NCBI GenBank assembly: GCA_045597005.1
Contig: JAZODJ010000026.1
Coordinates: 60,263-124,262 of the forward strand
Direction: 5' to 3'
Origin: Alphaproteobacteria bacterium
Lineage (GTDB): Bacteria > Pseudomonadota > Alphaproteobacteria > RF32 > CAG-239
DNA length: 64,000 bases
Part shown: positions 48,388-58,510 of the stretch, piece by piece
Numbering within the stretch: position 1 is the stretch's first letter
Layout: each line of letters starts with the position of its first letter
Program-made: the position numbers and the translations under genes
Notes under the pieces: generated by a model
What the model was told of the DNA's origin: nothing
The model's database searches: none
The model's input: the letters and a program-made list of their open reading frames with translations, nothing else

Positions 48388-49197
48388 TTAATTCAAACTT
48401 ACGTCTTTAGAATATCCTAAATCAACCAATCGTTGATTGATATTTATTCCGTCATATACGCATATTCCCGTCGCTGTAGCATCTTGAGTATATGCAACAA
48501 TTCGACACTTAATCGTTTTCCCTGCAATTTCATTCTGCAAATATTGCATAGCGGCGATACCTTCTTGTGATGACGGCTCTGCATATATACCATATAAAAA
48601 CAAAACTTTGGCTCCGACTTTTATTTCATTTGCATTAACAATCTCTGCAATATCTGTCAAATCTTCAGGATTCTCCATATATATCAATCCGAGATTATCA
48701 TCCCGTCTAAACTTAAAAATATCATTTCTTACTAATTTATCTGTTCGTTCCAATGTAGCCTTAACATCAACAGGAATATCTTGTGCTGCCTCAAAAACTT
48801 TTCGGGTTAAAGCTCGCGGAGAATCATAAGAAACCATCTCATCTTTTCCGGGTTTTTTATCAACGGATTTTACATTAACATTTTGTCCGACGATATCAGA
48901 CAATTTTTGTTCTGTATTATCTTTCAAAGGCATAATCAAGCCATTTTCAACAGTCTTTTGTGCCTTTTCATAATAAGCTACAATATGTTTTTTATACCAC
49001 TCCGGTATATCCGAAAATTCAACCCCATTATATGAAGGTAATGCAATCAATGCAACCAACACAACGATAACTCCGACAAAAAACCACAAAGGATGAATAA
49101 AAGGATATAAAATAAATCTGAAAAATTTAGTAGCCCACTTTACCCAACCGGTACTGGGACCTAACTTGTCATCATTTTTCTTTCTACGACCGAACAT
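48388..49197 (-). CDS. Membrane-anchored SNase-like (thermonuclease-fold) protein. The catalytic motif appears degenerate.
   Basis: N-terminal TM. C-terminal ...LYGIYAEPSSQEG...CRIVAYTQDATATGICVYDGININQRLVDLGY resembles the SNc fold, but the GIDAPE motif is altered. Confidence 0.45.
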   Translation of the reverse strand: MFGRRKKNDDKLGPSTGWVKWATKFFRFILYPFIHPLWFFVGVIVVLVALIALPSYNGVEFSDIPEWYKKHIVAYYEKAQKTVENGLIMPLKDNTEQKLSDIVGQNVNVKSVDKKPGKDEMVSYDSPRALTRKVFEAAQDIPVDVKATLERTDKLVRNDIFKFRRDDNLGLIYMENPEDLTDIAEIVNANEIKVGAKVLFLYGIYAEPSSQEGIAAMQYLQNEIAGKTIKCRIVAYTQDATATGICVYDGININQRLVDLGYSKDVSLN

Positions 49198-50886
49198 TTA
49201 TTTAGAACTCCCATATTTTGTTTTCAGTTCCTCAATTTTTTCAGGAGCAATACGCTCAAACAACATATCTCCGATTTCAAAATTTTCACCGCCTTGAAGT
49301 ACATCCATTTCTTTTTTTACATCAAAGTTATTCAAACCGCACATTTTTTGCCCTAATTTATCAAGCATATTTTGAGCAACCGTCGGCATAATAGGAGCTG
49401 ACAATATTGCAAAGATTCTAATCAAATTAATACACGTACGCAAAATAACCTTTGCTCTTTGTTCATCAGTTTTAATAACCGTCCACGGCTCTGTAACCGA
49501 AATATAGTTATTTCCCTCTACCCAAATAGCTCTCAATTCACCCAAAGCCTTACGAAATTCCATTTCGTTCATATATTTGATATAATCATTAACTCTTGTC
49601 TGCAATGTCGCAATCAATTCTTCTTCTACTTGAGTATATTCTCCTCCCTCCGGTACAACATCACCCAATTTTGAAGAAGTCATTTTCAACACACGCGATA
49701 CAAAATTCCCCAATACTCCGTTAAGATCCTTATTAACCGCACCGGCAAACAAATCCCAATCAAACGACGAATCTGATCCCTCAGGAGCATTTGCCATCAA
49801 CCAATATCTCCAATAATCAGCAGGAAATTCCTTAACGGCATCTTCTGCAAAAATACCTCTGTTTTCAGACTTTGAAAATTTTCCTCCCTCATAAGTAAGG
49901 TAACTTAAACCCTTTAAGAAATCAACCTGTGTCCAATTCTCTCTTGTTCCTAAAAGGGTCGCCGGAAAAGTAATTGAATGATACGGTACATTATCTTTTC
50001 CCATAAATTCGACATGACGAACATTTTCAGGATTCTGCCACCAATCTTTCCAATTACGTTCTTCCGGTTTTTCATCCGCCCATTGTTTAGTAATCCCTAT
50101 ATAACCGATTGGCGCATCAAACCACACATAAAAAACCTTGTCTTCATATCCTGGTTTATTAACCGGAAATCCCCATTTCAAATCACGTGTAATACAACGT
50201 TCCTGCAAACCTTCCTTCAACCATTTTTGCGCAATAGTATAAGCAACATCCGGCCAAAACGGTTCTTTAGTTTTAAGCCAACTTGCTAATTCCGTTTCAA
50301 TCTTTGGCAAATTAAGGAACAAATGTTTTGTTTCTCTGACTTCTAAATTTTTAGAACCGGAAATTGAACTTCTGGCATCAACAAGTTCTGTCGGCTCCAA
50401 AACTTTGGTACAATTTTCACACTGATCTCCCCTCGCCTTATCATAACCGCAATACGGACAAGTACCGGTAATATATCTGTCGGCCAAAAACATCTTATCA
50501 TCAATCGAATAAACCTGTTTAATAGTCTTTTCTTCAATAAATCCGTTTTTATCCAATTGTTCAAATATATGATAAGTCATCTCTTTGTTTTGTTCGGTTG
50601 AGGTACGACCAAAGAAATCAAAAGACAAATTAAAATCTTTATAAGTCTGAGCATGACGTGCATGATTCATATCACAATATGCTTGAACATCCATTCCAGC
50701 CTTCAAAGCACCTACTTCCGACGTAGTACCATGTTCATCTGTTCCGCAAACGTATAAAACCTCGTGTCCCATCATTCGCATAAATCTGGCATAAGTATCC
50801 GAGGGCAACAAACACCCAACCATATGACCGAGATGCGGCACGCCGTTAATATAGGGCAATGCTGATGTAACCAAGATTTTAGACAT
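49198..50886 (-). CDS. metG: Methionine--tRNA ligase
   Basis: HIGH motif (PYINGVPHLGHM), KMSKS motif (KFSKS) and Zn-knuckle cysteines. Confidence 0.92.
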   Translation of the reverse strand: MSKILVTSALPYINGVPHLGHMVGCLLPSDTYARFMRMMGHEVLYVCGTDEHGTTSEVGALKAGMDVQAYCDMNHARHAQTYKDFNLSFDFFGRTSTEQNKEMTYHIFEQLDKNGFIEEKTIKQVYSIDDKMFLADRYITGTCPYCGYDKARGDQCENCTKVLEPTELVDARSSISGSKNLEVRETKHLFLNLPKIETELASWLKTKEPFWPDVAYTIAQKWLKEGLQERCITRDLKWGFPVNKPGYEDKVFYVWFDAPIGYIGITKQWADEKPEERNWKDWWQNPENVRHVEFMGKDNVPYHSITFPATLLGTRENWTQVDFLKGLSYLTYEGGKFSKSENRGIFAEDAVKEFPADYWRYWLMANAPEGSDSSFDWDLFAGAVNKDLNGVLGNFVSRVLKMTSSKLGDVVPEGGEYTQVEEELIATLQTRVNDYIKYMNEMEFRKALGELRAIWVEGNNYISVTEPWTVIKTDEQRAKVILRTCINLIRIFAILSAPIMPTVAQNMLDKLGQKMCGLNNFDVKKEMDVLQGGENFEIGDMLFERIAPEKIEELKTKYGSSK

Positions 50887-51087
50887 TTTTAAAAACTCCT
50901 ATTTATTATTATTTTAACCTCTTCAATCTACTACATTCTCAGCAATTCTCAAGCAAAAATTTAGTCTTTTTATATGTTTGAAAATTTATCAAAAAATTTT
51001 GTCAATTTTTGTATTGCAACAGTACTAATTTTATGCTACAATCCACCTCATTAAAAAATATTATTAACCTTTTAAACTTTATAAAAT

Positions 51088-52284
51088 ATGGCAAAAGACA
51101 ACTTTAGCCGCATGAACATTACCGAGGGTAAGTTTATGCTTGAGAGTAAAAGAGTTTCAGACAAGTATGGTTGCGGTGCAGTCGGAAGACAGGAAATGAC
51201 ACGTCGTGTCAAAGTAAAGGAACAACGACCGTTGCCTCCCCAAACTAACTCTCAAAGGATTTTTGAGATAGCCGAAAAAATCGGAGGTCTTCTTCCCGGT
51301 GAGGCGTTTGAATATCCGACACTTTACGGATACCAAATAGCCCGGATGTGTTCTTTAATGAACATTCCAGAAATGGTAAATCCGTTTTTGGTTTGTTTCA
51401 GCGGACATATGGGTGCTCCGCTCTTTGCAATGGAAGCTATTCGCTTCTATGCAAAGAAATATGGCAAGCTGTTACCATTTCTTGCCATTGGCAAAGGCGG
51501 TAATAAAGGACTTTTTGAAAAGGTTTACAACCGTAGTGAAGGTATTGTTGTCAGCTCTGAAGCTGAAGCCTACTGCAACATCATGTCGATGATGGCTCCT
51601 GAAACTTACGTCCGTAAGTATCAGCAAACTTTCAACGATATGGATACTGAAGGCAATCTGCGCGAATTATACCGCTTTGCTAAGGAACACGGTTTGCAGG
51701 AAGTATCATACATCCTTGTAACGGGACAACCTTGGTATGACAAGCGTGTCTTAGCAGAATGGATGTGGATGCTGAACAGAGACGAGTTCGCCGAGATTAA
51801 AATAAATCTCATCATGGTACATTGTCCGATTTGGCTCAAAGGTCACACACCGGATACATCCATAAGCGAAATCAGCTTGGGATACGTTGCCGCAAGTCTT
51901 GGTCCTTTAACAAAGGACACAATTGGTTTTGATGGCAAAACTAAATCCGACAGACCAGAACGCTACCTGATACCTAGTCTTTCAGGAATAAGTTGGCAAC
52001 CGGTCAAAGAAATAATAACTAAGTGTAACAACATGGGATGGCCAGACTATTCCAAATTGTTGTACAACACGCCTCATGACGAGGCTGTGGCGGAAGTTTT
52101 TATGGCGCATCTGTTTGCACTAAAGAGCTTCAGTGCCAACACCTACGACGAAGGTATCAAAAAAGACATCGAGTATTACAAATACAAAATGTCTTTGTGT
52201 AGTGCCGGTTATTTCAACGGTACTACAGAGGAAGAATTTCTTGAATGGTGTCAAAAAACACCAAACAAATTATTCTTCCAATAA
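51088..52284 (+). CDS. DUF218/YdcF-like domain protein with an N-terminal extension. Its GC content is visibly higher than that of its neighbours.
   Basis: YdcF-like core (...IVVSSEAEAYCNIM...DTEGNLRE...ILVTGQPWYDKRV...). Local GC is roughly 40% or more, against about 30% in the flanks. AT-rich 200-bp region upstream. Confidence 0.5.
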   Translation: MAKDNFSRMNITEGKFMLESKRVSDKYGCGAVGRQEMTRRVKVKEQRPLPPQTNSQRIFEIAEKIGGLLPGEAFEYPTLYGYQIARMCSLMNIPEMVNPFLVCFSGHMGAPLFAMEAIRFYAKKYGKLLPFLAIGKGGNKGLFEKVYNRSEGIVVSSEAEAYCNIMSMMAPETYVRKYQQTFNDMDTEGNLRELYRFAKEHGLQEVSYILVTGQPWYDKRVLAEWMWMLNRDEFAEIKINLIMVHCPIWLKGHTPDTSISEISLGYVAASLGPLTKDTIGFDGKTKSDRPERYLIPSLSGISWQPVKEIITKCNNMGWPDYSKLLYNTPHDEAVAEVFMAHLFALKSFSANTYDEGIKKDIEYYKYKMSLCSAGYFNGTTEEEFLEWCQKTPNKLFFQ

Positions 52285-52302
52285 AAAATTAAACTAAGAA
52301 AA

Positions 52303-52332
52303 AAGTGTCTGACTTTTGTCAGACACTTTTTT
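52303..52332. terminator. Bidirectional rho-independent terminator
   Basis: Perfect 10-bp stem agtgtctgac-tttt-gtcagacact followed by T6. Confidence 0.7.
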
Positions 52333-52334
52333 CT

Positions 52335-53189
52335 TTACAGCTTGTTTTTCAAAAACTCCGGCAATTTCTTAAGTCCGGATGCACCCGCAGCCTTTTTATG
52401 TCCACCACCACCAAAAGTTGCCGCAATCTTAGATACATCAACATCATCTTTGGCCGTATAAAAAGACAAATTCCATGCATTTTTTCCGTTCATAAAAAAA
52501 TTACACATAAAATCATAATCTTTAATATTCTTAACTCCGTCATAAAACTCCGAATATCCTTGCGGCATATTGGCACAAATACATTTATACCCCATATAAG
52601 TACTATCAAATGACATTGCTTTACACAAACGATGATTGCGATTTTTGATATATGACAATATCGCTTCGCCTTTTTTTACCATTTCATCTACACTAATTTT
52701 TCCGGAAAACAAGTCTTTCCAATTTTTATCTGTAGGTTTATTAACTCCCAATGATTGAAAAGCATATTCAAACGGACGTACTCGCTTATCACGCAAATCA
52801 AACAAATCATTCAAAGCCAACAGTTTAACTCCTTCAGGCACCTTTTCATCAGGAAAGAAATATTCCCAAGTCAACATAATTGCAGCCGTTCCGTTTCTCC
52901 TTAATCCTTTAATTTCCTTAGCCCCGTCTTTTATTCTGTTTTCATATTCTTCAATCATCGAAACATGATGATCAATCCATATCAGATCTTTTGTTTCATT
53001 GAGCCTAAACATTGTATCCATCGGCAAAGATATATCGCATATAACAATCTCATCATGTTTTTCTATTAAATCACTCGGAGCATCCATATCATGATTAAGC
53101 CCGAAAAATTCAACATTTTTATATTTTTTTCCCACAATCGCTGCAGATCCCTTCCCGTCATGATCTGCCAAATGATAAATACAAAGCAT
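52335..53189 (-). CDS. DHH/DHHA1-family phosphoesterase (NrnA-like)
   Basis: DHH motif (IDHHV) and DHHA1 motif GGGGH. Confidence 0.7.
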   Translation of the reverse strand: MLCIYHLADHDGKGSAAIVGKKYKNVEFFGLNHDMDAPSDLIEKHDEIVICDISLPMDTMFRLNETKDLIWIDHHVSMIEEYENRIKDGAKEIKGLRRNGTAAIMLTWEYFFPDEKVPEGVKLLALNDLFDLRDKRVRPFEYAFQSLGVNKPTDKNWKDLFSGKISVDEMVKKGEAILSYIKNRNHRLCKAMSFDSTYMGYKCICANMPQGYSEFYDGVKNIKDYDFMCNFFMNGKNAWNLSFYTAKDDVDVSKIAATFGGGGHKKAAGASGLKKLPEFLKNKL

Positions 53190-53192
53190 ATC

Positions 53193-53978
53193 CTACCACT
53201 CCACTTTCAAATTATCATACGCCGGTTGTACAAAATCCGGTGTATGTTCATTTACAAAATCATAATCACATTCACTTGCCATATGATTAAATACAACCTT
53301 CTCAGGACTAAACATATCAACATATTCCAATGCCTCTTTTAATCCCACATGATGTTTGTGTTGTTTAACTACAGTCAAAGGCATAACCATAAGCTTAGGC
53401 TTTATTTTTGCAATCTGCTTTTTTGCCGAATCTGCAAAATATCTGAAATCTCCGATATGAACAATTTCATCATTAATAATATAACCGTATGACAGTATAT
53501 TATGTCCTAACAACTTTATCGGAATTATTTTAATTCCTTTTATATAAAATTCTCTATTAGGCTTAACAATGTTGGTAATCATTCCTCCTCTGGACAAATA
53601 AAAATCCGGCACATCATTTTTTATTATCATATATCCGTAACGTCTTTTTATCTCTTTCATAACTACCGCCGGCGCATAAATATCCAAAGGCCTGCACGTT
53701 CTTCTGTTTATTTCTCTTAACTCATCAATTCCGGAAATATGATCAAAATGTGCATGAGTATAAAGAACCGCATCAATATTATATATCTTATTATCCAGCA
53801 TTTGGGCGCGCAAATCAGGCGATGTATCAATCAAAATATCAATACCGTTTATTTTATACAATGTAGATGTACGTCTTCTGATATTTTTAGGATTGTTTGG
53901 ATTACACGCTCCAAAACCGCAACTTATCGAAGGAACACCCGGCGATGCACCCGCCCCTAAAAAAATAACTTCTGTCAT
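53193..53978 (-). CDS. MBL-fold metallo-hydrolase
   Basis: HxHxDH motif (YTHAHFDHISG). Confidence 0.75.
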   Translation of the reverse strand: MTEVIFLGAGASPGVPSISCGFGACNPNNPKNIRRRTSTLYKINGIDILIDTSPDLRAQMLDNKIYNIDAVLYTHAHFDHISGIDELREINRRTCRPLDIYAPAVVMKEIKRRYGYMIIKNDVPDFYLSRGGMITNIVKPNREFYIKGIKIIPIKLLGHNILSYGYIINDEIVHIGDFRYFADSAKKQIAKIKPKLMVMPLTVVKQHKHHVGLKEALEYVDMFSPEKVVFNHMASECDYDFVNEHTPDFVQPAYDNLKVEW

Positions 53979-54733
53979 ATTTCAAACAACCTCTTAAAAT
54001 TCATTGTTGTAACTTCTGCTATTTTATCAAAACTTACATTTTTAATCTCAGCTAATTTTTGTGCCGTAAACACCACATTGGCAGATTCATTAACCTGTCC
54101 TCTTTTAGGTACCGGAGCCAAATACGGTGCATCTGTTTCAATCAACAGTCTATCTAGCGGAACATTTGCAAAATTATCTCTGATATCTGTCAACTTAGGA
54201 AAAGTAATCATTCCTGATGCAGAAATATAAAACCCCAAATCCAAAGCAATTTCAGCCAATTTCCAACTTGATGAATAACAATGAATTACAGCCTTAAATT
54301 CTTTTTTTTCATAAGCTTTTTGCAAAACCATTATCATATCATCGTCTGATTCTCTATTATGAATAATCAATGGCTTTTGGGTAATCTGTGCTGCTTCAAT
54401 ATTTTTTTTAAATAATTCTATTTGCAAATCTTTAGGCGCAAAATCATAAAAATAATCAAGTCCTGCTTCACCTATAGCTTTAACTTTTTTATTATCTGCA
54501 ATTTTTACAATATCTGAAACTTTTAAATCAACAAATTTTTTTGCTTCGTGCGGATGAGCCCCTGCTGCAGTATAAACACCTTCATATCTTTCACAAATAT
54601 CTATATGAGCATTTATATTATCAATATTGCTTCCTGCATCCAAAATATAACCAACACCCACCTCTTTCGCCCGTTTTATCAATTCAGGCAACTCATTATT
54701 ATTCTCTAAATGACAATGACTATCAGCTAACAT
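53975..54733 (-). CDS. tatD: TatD-family deoxyribonuclease
   Basis: TatD metal-binding motifs (DSHCHL, ...IGEAGLD..., HCYS...). Confidence 0.85.
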   Translation of the reverse strand: MLADSHCHLENNNELPELIKRAKEVGVGYILDAGSNIDNINAHIDICERYEGVYTAAGAHPHEAKKFVDLKVSDIVKIADNKKVKAIGEAGLDYFYDFAPKDLQIELFKKNIEAAQITQKPLIIHNRESDDDMIMVLQKAYEKKEFKAVIHCYSSSWKLAEIALDLGFYISASGMITFPKLTDIRDNFANVPLDRLLIETDAPYLAPVPKRGQVNESANVVFTAQKLAEIKNVSFDKIAEVTTMNFKRLFEI

Positions 54734-54736
54734 TTC

Positions 54737-55792
54737 TTAATAAATCCTACAAACACTGACCATAATGTTCATAACAGCTTGTCTTTTATCCAAATTAAGA
54801 CTATCCGTTTCCAAAAAAATTTTTGTAGCTTTATCAAAAACATCAGCACTTTCTTCGATTTTATTAAGAGATTTTACCTGTTCATTCAAAAATTTCAAAA
54901 TCAATTCCTTAAACAAACTATAATTATCTTCAGTACTTGTTGCTTCATCACAAAATTTTAACATATCCGAAGTCTTAAAATTTTGCCCCGATGTTGCCAA
55001 AGCATATATTTTATCATAAAATTTAACAGCATTACCATCAACATAAGCTATTGCTTTACCTATACTTCCACCTGATATTGCTACAGTTTTCTTTATTTGT
55101 TCTTCTGAAATATTCGAACGATATCGTCTTAATAAACTTGCTACCTCATTATCTTTTAACGGACGCAATTCTAATTTTGCACAACGAGAACGTATTGTGG
55201 GCAATAATCGATTCGGATTGTGAGAAACCAACAACATCAATGTTTTTTGCGGTGGTTCCTCCAAAATTTTTAAAACAGCATTTGCTGAATTAGTATTCAT
55301 CTCATCAGCACTATCAATCAAAACAACTCGCCATCGCCCATCCGCTGATTTTTTTGATAAAAACTCATTAACCGTACGCACATCATCAACAGTAATAACA
55401 TTTGATTTCTTCAACTCTCCTAATTCTTCATCAGTCATATAATTACCGTCTTTAATAGCCTTAACTATTTTTTGTCGCTCTGTTTTTAAATATCCTCGCT
55501 CAATCAATTTAAAATCTGGATGAGACCCATTGCTTATTTGCTTAAAAGTCTGAGTATCAGAAGCAATTTCCAATGACGTATAAATATCTTTTTTATTTTC
55601 ATCTGCTTCCAACAAAAATCTGGCCAATCTGTAAGCAAAAGTTGCTTTGCCGATACCTTTTTTGCCGGAAATAAGCCATGATTGATGCAATGTTCCTTTT
55701 TTCCAAGCATCCAAAAACATCTTTTCTGCGTCTTCACAACCAAGCAAATACGCATTATCTTTAGGATAAAAAGATGTTTGCCCTTCAATCAT
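54737..55792 (-). CDS. holB: DNA polymerase III delta' subunit
   Basis: AAA+-like clamp-loader fold with a degenerate P-loop (GKKGIGKATFA). Conserved tmk-holB order. Confidence 0.75.
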   Translation of the reverse strand: MIEGQTSFYPKDNAYLLGCEDAEKMFLDAWKKGTLHQSWLISGKKGIGKATFAYRLARFLLEADENKKDIYTSLEIASDTQTFKQISNGSHPDFKLIERGYLKTERQKIVKAIKDGNYMTDEELGELKKSNVITVDDVRTVNEFLSKKSADGRWRVVLIDSADEMNTNSANAVLKILEEPPQKTLMLLVSHNPNRLLPTIRSRCAKLELRPLKDNEVASLLRRYRSNISEEQIKKTVAISGGSIGKAIAYVDGNAVKFYDKIYALATSGQNFKTSDMLKFCDEATSTEDNYSLFKELILKFLNEQVKSLNKIEESADVFDKATKIFLETDSLNLDKRQAVMNIMVSVCRIY

Positions 55793-55795
55793 TGC

Positions 55796-56440
55796 TTACA
55801 ATCCCAATTTTTCTTCAACAACTTTTACAATATCACTATGTAATTCTTCTATCGTTTTATCCGCATCCAATACAACACATCTATCAGATTCAAATTTTGC
55901 AATTTCCAAAAAACCTTTACGCAAATTTTGATGAAATTCTAATTCTCGCCCCTCAAAACGCAACTCTTTAACATCCATAGTCTTAGCTTTATTAAAAGAA
56001 CGAGCCAAACCTTTTTTGGGATCAATGTCTAATATTATTGTCAAATCAGGTTTAAAAGTCCCAACAGCAATTTTATATAATTCATCCAACACTTCTTTGC
56101 TGACTCTTTTATCATAACCATAATATTGATACGCAAAAGTAGAATCTGCAAACCTATCACTCAATACTATAGCCCCTTGTTCCATAGCCGGCCAAACTTT
56201 TTTAACCAAATGAATATGTCTGTCCGCAAAATACAACAAAGCCTCTGCTACCGCATCAAACTTATCTTTATCACCACAAACCAACAATTTTCTGATTTCT
56301 AACCCAACTTCTGTACCACCTGGTTCTTTTGTAACAACAATATCTTTATTTTTTTGTTTAAGATATTCTGCCAACAATTTGATTTGCGTTGATTTTCCAG
56401 TCCCTTCACCACCTTCAAAAGTGATAAACATTCCCTTCAT
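55796..56440 (-). CDS. tmk: Thymidylate kinase
   Basis: P-loop FITFEGGEGTGKST and the DR(F/Y) motif. Confidence 0.9.
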   Translation of the reverse strand: MKGMFITFEGGEGTGKSTQIKLLAEYLKQKNKDIVVTKEPGGTEVGLEIRKLLVCGDKDKFDAVAEALLYFADRHIHLVKKVWPAMEQGAIVLSDRFADSTFAYQYYGYDKRVSKEVLDELYKIAVGTFKPDLTIILDIDPKKGLARSFNKAKTMDVKELRFEGRELEFHQNLRKGFLEIAKFESDRCVVLDADKTIEELHSDIVKVVEEKLGL

Positions 56441-56442
56441 TA

Positions 56443-57591
56443 TTATTGCTCTCCTGACAACAAATATTTGATATTAAGCTTAATTTTGCCCCACAAACCA
56501 ACTTTATTAATCGTCTGTCCTGCCAATAAATCTACTTCTTTTGCACTTTCATTCGGTAATTCTATTTTTAAGACGCCTATTTTTTGACCGATATTAACAG
56601 GAGCCTTAACCGGACGATCATATATAGCGGTCATCTTAACTTGATTACGATAACTTTTTTTCATTGTTTCAATTATATCACTTCCGACAACCATAGGAAC
56701 AGTTTTATCAACACCATACCAAACAGGCACATCGGCAATCTTATCGCCTTTATTCTTTAACGTATAGTTATCATATTCCCTAAATCCCCACGACATCATC
56801 TTATCAGCCTCATCCGAACGTTCTTTGTTTGATGTCAATCCGGTCATAACACCTATTATTCTGCGATCACCCTTCTTAGCTGAAGCTGTCAAACAAAAAC
56901 CGGCTTCATCCGTATGCCCTGTTTTCAAACCATCAGCATACGACATAGAATACAATAACGGATTTCTGTTTCCCTGACGAATATTGTTATAAACAAATTC
57001 TTTTTGAGAAAACAAATGATAAAACTGAGGAAATTCTTCTATCAATTTACGAGCTAATATAGCCAAATCCTCAACAGACATCTTATGATCCGGATGAGGT
57101 AAACCGGTTACATTAGCAAAATTAGAATTTTTCAAACCGATATCCTTAGCCTTTTTATTCATCCTTTCAACAAAAGAATCCTCATCTCCGGCAATATTTT
57201 CCGCTGCAACTATACAAGCATCATTTCCTGATTGAATAATTATACCCTTCAAAATCTGATCAACCGATACTTCATCACCTATTGCCAAAAACATCGTCGA
57301 TCCACCACTGGCTGCTCCACCTTTTCTCCAAGCATTTTCACTAACCTTAAAAGTATCATCCAAAGACAAACTACCATCACGAAGTTTATCAAAGATCATA
57401 TAAACCGTCATCAATTTACTCATCGATGCCGGAGGTATCGGCTCAAAAATATCCTTTTCATACAAATACTTACCTGTAGTATAATCCATCAAAATCATAT
57501 TTTTTGCTTTTGTATCAATAGCCGATGCACTTGTAGAAGCCATAAACACAATAGCAGCAATTCCACTTAACAAAATGTTTTTCTTTTTCAT
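56443..57591 (-). CDS. dacA: D-alanyl-D-alanine carboxypeptidase (PBP5/6 family)
   Basis: Signal peptide. SxxK (SMSKLMT), SGN and KTG motifs. Confidence 0.85.
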   Translation of the reverse strand: MKKKNILLSGIAAIVFMASTSASAIDTKAKNMILMDYTTGKYLYEKDIFEPIPPASMSKLMTVYMIFDKLRDGSLSLDDTFKVSENAWRKGGAASGGSTMFLAIGDEVSVDQILKGIIIQSGNDACIVAAENIAGDEDSFVERMNKKAKDIGLKNSNFANVTGLPHPDHKMSVEDLAILARKLIEEFPQFYHLFSQKEFVYNNIRQGNRNPLLYSMSYADGLKTGHTDEAGFCLTASAKKGDRRIIGVMTGLTSNKERSDEADKMMSWGFREYDNYTLKNKGDKIADVPVWYGVDKTVPMVVGSDIIETMKKSYRNQVKMTAIYDRPVKAPVNIGQKIGVLKIELPNESAKEVDLLAGQTINKVGLWGKIKLNIKYLLSGEQ

Positions 57592-57619
57592 AATTTTTTC
57601 AGCCTTTCAACCAATCTTA

Positions 57620-58438
57620 TTAATCTGAAACAATCTTAGCATCATAAATTCCATCATTTTTTAGTCGCGCCAACATTACAACAGCCTCTTTTTCATTTGC
57701 AAACGGTCCGACTCTGACACGATAAAAATTTTCTCCGTTAACGTTAACATAATAAATATTACTCTCTACATCTAACTGAGCCGCCATATTTTGCGCACCG
57801 CTTTCCATAGAATATGAACCCACCTGAACAAAATAACTTCCCTTCGGATACGAATCAACAGCTAAACTTTTTGAACTTGAAACCGGAGCATTTTTTTGGA
57901 CAGTATAAACATCATCATATTTTTCACCGGTAAGTGCTGCTTTCAAAGCCTTGCTTTCTTTTTCCATAACCTCAACACGAACTTTGGTTGTTCCTTGTGT
58001 TTGAAAACCCAAAAGCTGAGAAGCCCTTTTTGAAACATCAATTATTCTGTTTTTTGCATAAGGACCTCGATCATTTATTCGTAAAACCAACGATCTTCCA
58101 TTTTCTAAATTGGTAACCTTAACAATTGATGGCAATGGTAGTGTTCGATGAGCTGCTGTTAAAGAATACATATCATATTTTTCACCGTTTGCAGTCCTCT
58201 TTGCATGAAAATCTTCACCATACCACGATGCTGTTCCCACTTCGGAATAGTCATAATCTTCTTTAGGATAATACCATTTACCCATAATTTTATAAGGATT
58301 TCCGACTTTATATACTCCCCCTTGTCCGGTAATAGCTGAAGCCTGAGTGTGTTTTCCATTTCCCAAATCAACACTACCGTACGCACAAGCAGTCAAAAAC
58401 AATACTGTTGCCAAATAAAAATATTTAGTTCCAAACAT
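57620..58438 (-). CDS. rlpA: Septal-ring lytic transglycosylase RlpA with a C-terminal SPOR domain
   Basis: DPBB domain (GTASWYG...HRTLPLPS...RINDRGP) plus a SPOR-like C-terminus. Confidence 0.82.
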   Translation of the reverse strand: MFGTKYFYLATVLFLTACAYGSVDLGNGKHTQASAITGQGGVYKVGNPYKIMGKWYYPKEDYDYSEVGTASWYGEDFHAKRTANGEKYDMYSLTAAHRTLPLPSIVKVTNLENGRSLVLRINDRGPYAKNRIIDVSKRASQLLGFQTQGTTKVRVEVMEKESKALKAALTGEKYDDVYTVQKNAPVSSSKSLAVDSYPKGSYFVQVGSYSMESGAQNMAAQLDVESNIYYVNVNGENFYRVRVGPFANEKEAVVMLARLKNDGIYDAKIVSD

Positions 58439-58510
58439 ACCAAACCCTGCAATTAAACACCATTTTTAATTGCTATCAATCTATAATCTTTTTTAAGTGA
58501 CGTAAAGCGA

